A stretch of DNA of 32,000 nt from Brachyspira murdochii DSM 12563 (GTDB lineage: Bacteria > Spirochaetota > Brachyspiria > Brachyspirales > Brachyspiraceae), in contig NC_014150.1 of the NCBI RefSeq assembly GCF_000092845.1, positions 3,012,704 to 3,044,703 of the forward strand, written 5' to 3'. Below the pieces are notes generated by a model. It did not search any database. It had not been told where the DNA came from and was given only the letters and a program-made list of their open reading frames with translations. Positions within the stretch are counted from its first letter, which is position 1. Every line of letters begins with the position of its first letter. Shown piece after piece: positions 1-7,445 of the stretch. A program made the position numbers and the translations under genes.

Positions 1-1406
1 TTATATCCACTTTAAAACCTGCTGCTCCTATAGGAAAAAAAGCTGGTATTATAGGTGCTGGACCTGCTGGACTTTCTGCAGCATTTTTCTTGGCTCGTGC
101 TGGGGTAGAAGTTACAGTATTTGATAAGAGAGAAAAAGCTGGAGGAGTTGTTGCTAATATTATACCTAATTTTAGAATAAGTGCTGAAGAGATTGGAAAT
201 GATGTAAGTTTATGCACGCAAATGGGCGTAAAATTTGAACTTGGAAAAGAGATAAAAGATATAAAAGAGTTTGCTAAAAATTATGATTATACAGTTGTTT
301 GTATAGGTGCTCATAAAAACATGCCTTTGAAGCTTGAGGCTGGTCAGTCTATAAATGCACTTAAATTCTTAGAAGAGTTCAATAAAACTAACGGTAATGT
401 AGATTTAGGAGAAGATGTAGTAATTATAGGAGGCGGTAATACTGCTATGGACGCTGCCCGTGCTGCTAAGAAAAATAAAGGTGTTAAAAATGTTAGATTA
501 GTTTATAGAAGAACTAAAAGATATATGCCGGCATTAGAAGAAGAGTTAAAAGAGGCTTTAGAGGACGGCGTTGAGTTTATGGAATTACTTGCACCTGTAA
601 AAATAGAAAATGGAAAACTTTTATGTAAGAAAATGGAATTATCAGACTATGATGAAAAAGGCAGAAGAAATGTTGTTGAAACTAGCGAAACAGTAGAAGT
701 TCCTGCAAGTACCGTTATAGCTTCTATAGGCGAGCAGATTGAATCTGAGTTTTATAAATCTAATGGCATAGAAGTTGATGACAGAGGAAGACCAAAATGC
801 AATGCTAATAATGAATCATCTCTCAAAAATGTTTATATCGCTGGAGACGGACTTTACGGAGCTGCTACTATAGTTGAAGCTATAAGAGATGCTAAAGTTA
901 TTGCTGAGGCTGTATTAGGAAAAGTAGTTGCTCCTGATTTGCTTTCTGTTTCTACTGAAGAGATTTCTTACAGTAAAAAAGGTAATCTAAAAGAAGTATC
1001 AAAAGACCCTGAAGCTAGCAGATGTTTAACCTGCGACTATATATGTGAAAGCTGTGCTGAGGTTTGTCCTAATAGAGCGAATATATCAGTTAAAGTAGAA
1101 GGCGGAGCTAAAATATCACAGATTATACATGTTGACTATATGTGTAATGAATGCGGAAACTGCGAAACATTCTGTCCTTATAGTTCTGCTCCTTATAAAG
1201 ATAAGTTTACATTATTTGCCACTGCAGATGATATGAAAAACTCTAAAAATGACGGTTTCTTATTCCTAGATAAAGAAGGTAATGCTAAACTTAGAATAGA
1301 CGGAAAAGAAGAAGCATATAAAGCTGGATGTTCTAAAAACTTTAATGGAGTTTATAGTATAGTCGATAGTGTATTTAATAACTATAAATATCTTATATTG
1401 AAATAA
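1..1406 (+). CDS. ygfK: YgfK-like NAD(P)/FAD-dependent oxidoreductase with a C-terminal double [4Fe-4S] domain. The 5' end lies outside the window.
   Basis: Frame 3 is open from nt 3, with no stop upstream of the TTG at 90, so the track start is an artefact. The upstream codons read GKKAGIIGAGPAGLSAAFFLARAG, a GxGxxG dinucleotide fold. A second Rossmann motif is VVIIGGGNTAMDAAR. Two Cys clusters are present, CLTCDYICESCAEVCP and CNECGNCETFCP. The gene sits next to XdhD-like and YqeB-family genes. Confidence 0.7.
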   Translation, partial: ISTLKPAAPIGKKAGIIGAGPAGLSAAFFLARAGVEVTVFDKREKAGGVVANIIPNFRISAEEIGNDVSLCTQMGVKFELGKEIKDIKEFAKNYDYTVVCIGAHKNMPLKLEAGQSINALKFLEEFNKTNGNVDLGEDVVIIGGGNTAMDAARAAKKNKGVKNVRLVYRRTKRYMPALEEELKEALEDGVEFMELLAPVKIENGKLLCKKMELSDYDEKGRRNVVETSETVEVPASTVIASIGEQIESEFYKSNGIEVDDRGRPKCNANNESSLKNVYIAGDGLYGAATIVEAIRDAKVIAEAVLGKVVAPDLLSVSTEEISYSKKGNLKEVSKDPEASRCLTCDYICESCAEVCPNRANISVKVEGGAKISQIIHVDYMCNECGNCETFCPYSSAPYKDKFTLFATADDMKNSKNDGFLFLDKEGNAKLRIDGKEEAYKAGCSKNFNGVYSIVDSVFNNYKYLILK

Positions 1407-1434
1407 TTTTTGGGTTTTTATTATTATATAATAG

Positions 1435-1477
1435 CATAACAGTGGGGAATATAAATCTCCATTGTTATGTTTATTTT
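1435..1477 (+). terminator. Stem-loop plus T-run between the ygfK-like and xdhD-like genes; an intrinsic terminator or attenuator.
   Basis: CATAACAGTGGGGA (1435-1448) pairs with TCTCCATTGTTATG (1456-1469), giving 14 bp including 2 G-U pairs. The loop is 7 nt, and TTTATTTT follows at 1470-1477. Confidence 0.45.
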
Positions 1478-1511
1478 CATTAATTATTATAAAAATGGGA
1501 GGCAATTTTAT

Positions 1512-4082
1512 ATGGGTGAGAGCGTTAATATTATCATTAATGGCAAAGAGATGAGCTTTGACTCTGACAGAAAATTAATGGATGTTCTTAGAAATGACTG
1601 CAAGTGCAAATCTGTAAAAGACGGCTGTTCTGAAGGAGCATGCGGAACTTGTACTGTTTTAATAGATGGAAAGCCAACTAAAGCATGTATACAAACTATA
1701 GGAAGACTTCAGGGAAAAAGTGTACAAACTATAGAAGGTTTTACTCAAAGAGAAAAAGATGTATATTCTCATGCTTTTGCAGTTGCTGGTGCTGTTCAAT
1801 GCGGATTCTGTATACCGGGTATGGTTATATGTGCTAAAGGCTTAATAGATAAAAATAATAATCCTACTAGACTTGAAATAGTTGCTGCTATAAAAAATAA
1901 TATTTGCAGATGTACCGGATATAAAAAAATTATTGATGCTGTAGAATTAGCAGCTAAAATGATAAGAGAAAATATTGATGTTAAAGACTACAAAGGAAAG
2001 GTAAAATTAGGCGACAGAAATATTGCAAGAATAGACGCTAAAGAAAAAGCCTTAGGTACTGGTGAATACTGTGATGATGTTGAAATAGAAGGTATGCTTT
2101 ATGGTGTTGCTGTTAGAACTAAATATCCTAGAGCTAAAATATTAAAAATAGATACAAGCGAAGCAAAGGCTTTAAAAGGTGTAGTTGATGTTATTACTGC
2201 TAAAGATTTGCCGGGGGCTAAAAAAATAGGTCATATTTTCCATGACTGGGACGTGCTTATAGGCGAGGGTGAGACTACAAGATTTATAGCTGACGGACTA
2301 GCTTTGATTGTTGCTGAAGATGAAAACACTGCAAAAAAAGCTAGAGATTTAGTAAAAGTAGAATATGAAGAACTTCCTTTGGTAAGAAATCCAGAAGAGG
2401 CTATGAAAGCAGATGCTCCTTTAGTTCATGAAGAGAGAGAAAGCAATCTTCTTACTCATGAAAGATTAGTTAAAGGAAATGCTGACGAGGTAATAGCAAA
2501 ATCAAAATATAAAGTTACAAGGCATTATGAGCTTCCTTGGACAGAGCATGCTTTTATGGAAGCTGAAGTTGCTGTTGCTATGCCTTTTAATGACGGTGTA
2601 TTTATATATTCGAGCGATCAAAGTGTTTATGATACTAAAAGAGAAGTTTCTATGGCTTTGGGAATAGAGCCGGATAAGGTTGTAGTAGAAAATAAATATG
2701 TAGGCGGCGGTTTCGGCGGTAAGGAAGATATGAGTGTTCAGCATTATGCTGCTATAATGGCATACAGAACAAAAAGACCTGTTAAGTTCAAACTTACAAG
2801 ACAGGAAAGTATTAATTGGCACCCAAAACGTCACCCTATGAGTATAGATATGACTACTGCCTGTGATGAAAACGGTATACTTACTGCTATGAAAGCTACT
2901 TTAATTACTGATGCTGGGGCTTATGCTTCTTTATCTGGTCCTGTACTTCAAAGAGCCTGTACTCATGCTGCTGGTCCTTATAATTATCAGGTTATAGATA
3001 TAGACGGTAAATCTTTCTATACTAATAATCCTCCTACTGGACCTTTCAGAGGATTTGGAGTGCCTCAGTCTTGCTTTGCTACTGAAATGAATATAAACCT
3101 GCTTGCTGAAATGTGCGGATTAGATCCTTGGGAGATAAGATATAGAAATGCTATACGTCCGGGTCAGGTACTTCCTAATTATCAAATAGCTGATGAAGCT
3201 ACTGGACTTGTAGAAACATTAGAGGCGGTTAAAGATATATATTATAATAATAAAAATGTAGGTATAGCTTGTGCTTTGAAAAACTCTGGTGTAGGTGTTG
3301 GACTTCCAGATACTGGAAGAGTTCGTTTGGTTGTAGAAGATGAAAAAGTACATGTATATTCTGCGGCTTCTTGTATAGGTCAGGGTATTGCTACTGTGCT
3401 TTATCAGATAGCAGGAGAAACTCTTGATTTAGATGATGATAAAATAATAGTTCATCAGCCTAATACGGCTACCTCTCCAGACTCTGGTACTACTTCAGGT
3501 TCAAGACAAACTCTTATAACAGGTGAGGCTTGTAAAAGGGCTTGTGAGGATCTTAAAAAAGAGCTTGATAAAGGAAAAACTTTAAAAGATTTGGAAGGTA
3601 AAGAGTTTTATGGTGAATGGCTTACTATAACTGATAAAATGGGCGTTGATAAACCGCATCCTATTTCGCATGTTGCTTATAGTTATGCTACTCAGGTTTG
3701 TATACTTAATGATGATGGTACTATACAAAAAATAGTTGCAGCTCATGATATAGGAAAGGCTATTAACCCTATAGCTTTGGAAGGTCAAATTGAAGGCGGT
3801 GTTGTAATGTCTTTAGGTTATGCTCTTACAGAAAAATTCCCGCTTGAAAATTGCGTGCCTAAAGTAAAATTTGGTACTTTAGGTTTATTTAGAGCTGATA
3901 AAACTCCTGATGTTGAATCTATTATTATAGAAAAACCGGGTGTACCTTATGGTTATGGGGCTACTGGTATAGGTGAGATTTCTAGTATACCTACTGCTCC
4001 TGCTGTTGCTTTGGCATATTACAAATTTAATGGTGAGTTCCAAACAGAACTTCCGCTTAAAAATACTCCTTATTCAAAATAA
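1512..4082 (+). CDS. xdhD: Fused [2Fe-2S] plus molybdopterin-binding hydroxylase of the xanthine dehydrogenase/aldehyde oxidase family; XdhD-like and putatively selenium-dependent.
   Basis: The ATG at 1512 is preceded by GGGAGG (1497-1502). The track start at 1467 lies inside the upstream hairpin. The N-terminus carries 2Fe-2S motifs (CSEGACGTC..C and QCGFCIPGM..CRCTGY). The Mo-pterin domains follow, including the GGGFGGK signature. Confidence 0.85.
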   Translation: MGESVNIIINGKEMSFDSDRKLMDVLRNDCKCKSVKDGCSEGACGTCTVLIDGKPTKACIQTIGRLQGKSVQTIEGFTQREKDVYSHAFAVAGAVQCGFCIPGMVICAKGLIDKNNNPTRLEIVAAIKNNICRCTGYKKIIDAVELAAKMIRENIDVKDYKGKVKLGDRNIARIDAKEKALGTGEYCDDVEIEGMLYGVAVRTKYPRAKILKIDTSEAKALKGVVDVITAKDLPGAKKIGHIFHDWDVLIGEGETTRFIADGLALIVAEDENTAKKARDLVKVEYEELPLVRNPEEAMKADAPLVHEERESNLLTHERLVKGNADEVIAKSKYKVTRHYELPWTEHAFMEAEVAVAMPFNDGVFIYSSDQSVYDTKREVSMALGIEPDKVVVENKYVGGGFGGKEDMSVQHYAAIMAYRTKRPVKFKLTRQESINWHPKRHPMSIDMTTACDENGILTAMKATLITDAGAYASLSGPVLQRACTHAAGPYNYQVIDIDGKSFYTNNPPTGPFRGFGVPQSCFATEMNINLLAEMCGLDPWEIRYRNAIRPGQVLPNYQIADEATGLVETLEAVKDIYYNNKNVGIACALKNSGVGVGLPDTGRVRLVVEDEKVHVYSAASCIGQGIATVLYQIAGETLDLDDDKIIVHQPNTATSPDSGTTSGSRQTLITGEACKRACEDLKKELDKGKTLKDLEGKEFYGEWLTITDKMGVDKPHPISHVAYSYATQVCILNDDGTIQKIVAAHDIGKAINPIALEGQIEGGVVMSLGYALTEKFPLENCVPKVKFGTLGLFRADKTPDVESIIIEKPGVPYGYGATGIGEISSIPTAPAVALAYYKFNGEFQTELPLKNTPYSK

Positions 4083-4093
4083 TTTATTTTTTT

Positions 4094-4921
4094 ATGAGTT
4101 TGTTTAATGATGAACTTGTAATTATAAGAGGTGCTGGAGATTTAGCTACTGGTATTGTGTATTCTTTATATAAGGCTCATTTTAAGATTATATTATTAGA
4201 AACACAATGCCCCTCTTCAATTAGAAGAAAGGCGGCATTATCTGAAGCTGTTTATGATGGCAAAAGCAGAGTTGAAGATATTGAAGCTGTTTTAGTAAAA
4301 AGCTATGAAGAAGCCCTTAATATAGTTGCATATAGAAATTATAGTAAGATACCTATTCTTATTGATCCTAATTGTGAAATATTAAATCATGTAAAACCTA
4401 CATTTTTAATTGATGCTATAATAGCTAAAAAAAATCTTGGCACTAATAAATCTATGGCAAAATATACTATAGCATTAGGTCCTGGATTTACTGCTGAAAA
4501 AGACTGCGATATTGTTATAGAAACTATGCGAGGGCATAATCTTGGAAGAATGTATACCAAAGGTGAGGCTATACCAAATACTGGAATACCGGGCAACATT
4601 GGTGGTAAAGAGGCTGAAAGGGTAATACATGCAAGTGCTGATGGTATTATTGAAAATATAAAAAATATCGGCGATTTTGTAAGAGAAAAAGAGGTTATAG
4701 CATACATAAACAAAAATAATGAAAAAATAGAAGTGCTTGCTGCTTTTGATGGTCTTTTGAGAGGCATTATAAGAGATGGTTTTAAAGTGCATAGGGGCTT
4801 AAAAATAGCGGATATTGATCCTAGAAAATCCGAATATGATAATTGCTTTACCATTTCTGATAAGGCTAGAAATTTGGGCGGTGCTGTGCTTACTGCTATG
4901 ATGTATTTATACGGCAGGTAA
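4094..4921 (+). CDS. yqeB: YqeB/EF2563-family accessory protein of selenium-dependent molybdenum hydroxylase systems.
   Basis: The 275-aa protein begins with a Rossmann-like VIIRGAGDLATG motif. Its size matches my recollection of the short YqeB family. It starts 11 nt after the hydroxylase gene. The family assignment is from memory, not from a search. Confidence 0.65.
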   Translation: MSLFNDELVIIRGAGDLATGIVYSLYKAHFKIILLETQCPSSIRRKAALSEAVYDGKSRVEDIEAVLVKSYEEALNIVAYRNYSKIPILIDPNCEILNHVKPTFLIDAIIAKKNLGTNKSMAKYTIALGPGFTAEKDCDIVIETMRGHNLGRMYTKGEAIPNTGIPGNIGGKEAERVIHASADGIIENIKNIGDFVREKEVIAYINKNNEKIEVLAAFDGLLRGIIRDGFKVHRGLKIADIDPRKSEYDNCFTISDKARNLGGAVLTAMMYLYGR

Positions 4922-5349
4922 AAAGGCTTAAACTTATTAATATTAGAAGTGACTAAACTTGTATTTTTATACGCTTAATATTAAAAGTACATACCATAAT
5001 TTTTATTTATAGTGATTTTATATATAAATATTCACTCTTTCACTTGTATATAGCCTGCATAGTGCCATCTTTTTTCTATACCGCATATGGGGGAGACAGC
5101 GTACAAAAAAATTGTGTACTAGTCTTAACAATAATAAATAAAATTAGTTTTGAAACAAGTCTATTATTGTAATAATACAAATATACACAAGTACAAAATT
5201 GCAGCTTGGCTAATAAATATCACATATATCTGACATTTTATATTAGTAAATAATACAGGTACACAAAACAAATATGAGATATCTTCTTCGTTGAGATTCA
5301 GTCTATAAAATATTATACTTTAATATATAAAAATGCCTTATCTATAATA

Positions 5350-5898
5350 TTATCTTTTAAGTCTTCTTATATCTATATTGTTAGTTGTGATTAGATTGTT
5401 GTCTAAATATAATATAACTTCAAGATTATTTGCCTCTTTCCAATAATTTTTATCGAAACTCATTTTAAATCCTATTCTCTGACCTAGAGGAAATCTTATA
5501 TTATAGAATGAATCATTTCCTGTAAATATTAGTTTCTTATTTTTATATAGTGATAGAGTTGCAGTTAGATTTTCTATATTTATAGAATTTGTATAATTAG
5601 AATTTTTTACTTCTATTGTAGCAAGAACAGCTTCATTTTCATAAAACTCTACATTATTTATTTTTACTTCTATAGGTATATTTGTTTTTAATGCACTAAA
5701 GTATGGCATATCATTAAAAAAACCTTTTTTGTATAGAAGAAAAAATACTACAAGCAGTGTAAGAAAAGCACCATATAAAAACATAAACCATCTTTTAGCA
5801 AATATACTTACTTCTCTTTTGGGGGTTGGAGGTTTAACCTGCCTGTTATTATAGAATTCTAATTCCGGTTTTTTAGGGTCATAAACTTCTCTTGACAA
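5350..5898 (-). CDS. Hypothetical single-pass membrane protein with a beta-rich C-terminal domain.
   Basis: The 182-aa ORF uses a TTG start 5 nt after the nnr stop. It has one hydrophobic helix (FMFLYGAFLTLLVVFFLLY) preceded by basic residues. I recognised no motif. Confidence 0.6.
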   Translation of the reverse strand: MSREVYDPKKPELEFYNNRQVKPPTPKREVSIFAKRWFMFLYGAFLTLLVVFFLLYKKGFFNDMPYFSALKTNIPIEVKINNVEFYENEAVLATIEVKNSNYTNSINIENLTATLSLYKNKKLIFTGNDSFYNIRFPLGQRIGFKMSFDKNYWKEANNLEVILYLDNNLITTNNIDIRRLKR

Positions 5899-5903
5899 CT
5901 TTT

Positions 5904-7445
5904 TTATATCCTTTTTAATATTTTATATGATACATCGGCTAAATCTTTCGGCTGAATATAGTCATTTCCAAATTTTTTAGATAGTATATTAAAAGATTTT
6001 GCCTGTATTATTAATGCAAGTTTAGAAGCATCTAGTATATTAAGCTTTCTTGCAAGTAATGCTCCAAGAAATCCAGCAAATACATCTCCCATTCCAGCTT
6101 TTCCCATAGATGGTTTAGGGTTATAGTTTATATATATATCATTTTCATACATTAAAAAACTTACAGCATCTTTTAATATTATAGAAGCATTTGTCATCTG
6201 CCTGCATTTTAATAAAGCCTCATACGGATTTTCTAATGCTTCTATATGATTTATATGTGTTAATTTCTCAAATTCATATATATGAGGTGTTAATACAAAA
6301 TTACTGTTAAGTTCATTAAGTGTGCTTTCAAACATCAAATATAAAGCATCAGCATCTATAACAGTCGGTATATTTATTTGTTTGAGTATGCTGTTTACAA
6401 AAACTTCAGCAGACATATTTCTTCCAAGTCCTGAACCTATTATGCATGCATTGCTTTTATTTATATCATTAACTATTTCTATATCATTTTCTGTGAAGCA
6501 TCTTTGATTATCTTCTCCTACACCTATAATAACAATTTCAGGCATAGAAGACATAACAGCCTCTCTTATATTCTTTAATATTCCTTTAGGTACATAAAGT
6601 CTTATATATCCAACTCCAAGTCTGTAAGCAGCATGTACAGATAAAACAGCAGCTCCTATATACTCATCACTTCCAGCTATTACAGCAAGCATTCCCTGTT
6701 CTCTTTTGCTGAAAAAAGCATTTCTATTTAAATTGATTTTTTCATTATAGTCTATTAATTTAGCTTTATATCCGAAGTTTTTTAATATATTTTCCGGAAA
6801 TATTGATTTTATCATAAATAATTTTCCTATATATTCTCTTGTTCTATATAAGAAAAATATATCTTTAGCAAAGCATACAGTATAAGTTTCATGAGCTTTA
6901 AAGCAAGTATGTATATTGTCATAATCATTTATTTTTGAAGTAAGTCCAGAAGGTATATCTATAGCTATTCTAAGAACGTCTAATTTATTTAGATTATCTA
7001 CAAGAGTTTTTTGTATGCCTTCTAAAGGTCTGTTGCCTCCAGTACCAAAAAGTGCATCTAATACTATTGATTTTTTTTCTATATTTTCTAAAGCAGATAA
7101 AACATCGTCTTCACTTCCTAAATAACTTATATCTACATTCATAGATTTTAATATGTTAAAATTGGCATAAGTATCTTTATTAACTCTGTCAAGATTACCT
7201 GTAATATATATGCTTACATCATACCCATTATTTATCAAATATCTTGCTATTGCAAGTCCGTCTCCGCCATTTCCACCAACTGATGAAAAAATATATACAG
7301 TTTTTGTGTATAATAGTTTTCTATGCCTTTTTAATAGCAGATAAAAAATCTCGCTTGCTACATGTTCCATAAGAAGTATAGAAGGAATCTTTTCTGTGGT
7401 TTTTTTATCTATATTTATTAAATCTTCAGTAGTTACAACTTTCAT
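5904..7445 (-). CDS. nnr: Bifunctional NAD(P)H-hydrate repair enzyme Nnr (YjeF epimerase plus ADP-dependent dehydratase).
   Basis: The 513-aa protein has a YjeF_N-like N-terminal half (SSVGGNGGDGLAIARYL) and a carbohydrate-kinase-like C-terminal half (GSGLG..., GMGDVFAGFLGALLA). Its ATG overlaps the upstream stop as ATGA. Confidence 0.9.
   Translation of the reverse strand: MKVVTTEDLINIDKKTTEKIPSILLMEHVASEIFYLLLKRHRKLLYTKTVYIFSSVGGNGGDGLAIARYLINNGYDVSIYITGNLDRVNKDTYANFNILKSMNVDISYLGSEDDVLSALENIEKKSIVLDALFGTGGNRPLEGIQKTLVDNLNKLDVLRIAIDIPSGLTSKINDYDNIHTCFKAHETYTVCFAKDIFFLYRTREYIGKLFMIKSIFPENILKNFGYKAKLIDYNEKINLNRNAFFSKREQGMLAVIAGSDEYIGAAVLSVHAAYRLGVGYIRLYVPKGILKNIREAVMSSMPEIVIIGVGEDNQRCFTENDIEIVNDINKSNACIIGSGLGRNMSAEVFVNSILKQINIPTVIDADALYLMFESTLNELNSNFVLTPHIYEFEKLTHINHIEALENPYEALLKCRQMTNASIILKDAVSFLMYENDIYINYNPKPSMGKAGMGDVFAGFLGALLARKLNILDASKLALIIQAKSFNILSKKFGNDYIQPKDLADVSYKILKRI

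Noticed and set aside
1266-1505. A 79-aa minus-strand ORF spanning the ygfK 3' end and the spacer.
   Set aside because: It is antisense to a well-supported gene and runs through a terminator-like hairpin. Its sequence is low-complexity Ile/Phe/Lys-rich, typical of shadow ORFs in AT-rich DNA.
1467-1511. The track start of the hydroxylase at 1467, and by analogy the GTG start of trxA at 9743 and the TTG starts at 25299, 26014 and 29855.
   Set aside because: In each case a downstream ATG has a proper Shine-Dalgarno sequence at the right spacing. The extension adds non-homologous residues or overlaps a hairpin or RBS.
2502-3788. Minus-strand ORFs 2502..2834 and 3582..3788 inside the hydroxylase gene.
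   Set aside because: They are shadow ORFs antisense to a CDS with unmistakable XDH-family motifs. They have no RBS and junk composition.
4387-4854. Two overlapping minus-strand ORFs (4387..4854 and 4475..4792) inside the yqeB-like gene.
   Set aside because: They are mutually overlapping and antisense to the better-supported plus-strand ORF. I found no motifs.
1-4921. Selenocysteine (in-frame TGA) recoding in the selenium-associated hydroxylase genes.
   Set aside because: None of the three ORFs contains an in-frame TGA. In this enzyme class selenium is a labile cofactor ligand, not Sec.
5130-5146. The shared AT-only 16-17-mers (AATAATAAATAAAATTA and ATAAATAAAATTAAGT) between 5130, 30481 and 30924, considered as evidence for a repeat family or MITE.
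   Set aside because: A rough estimate for DNA this AT-rich predicts a few chance 16-mer matches in 32 kb. I saw no flanking inverted repeats or target duplications. I kept it only as a weak note within the spacer findings.
6322-6507. The plus-strand 61-aa ORF inside nnr. Similar shadow ORFs occur at 8061..8294, 11115..11309, 11701..11973, 13835..14065, 15459..15686, 18604..18795, 18819..19007, 20712..21059, 26971..27246 and 28143..28331.
   Set aside because: All lie antisense within, or run into, confidently called genes. They are short and have hydrophobic, low-complexity translations.
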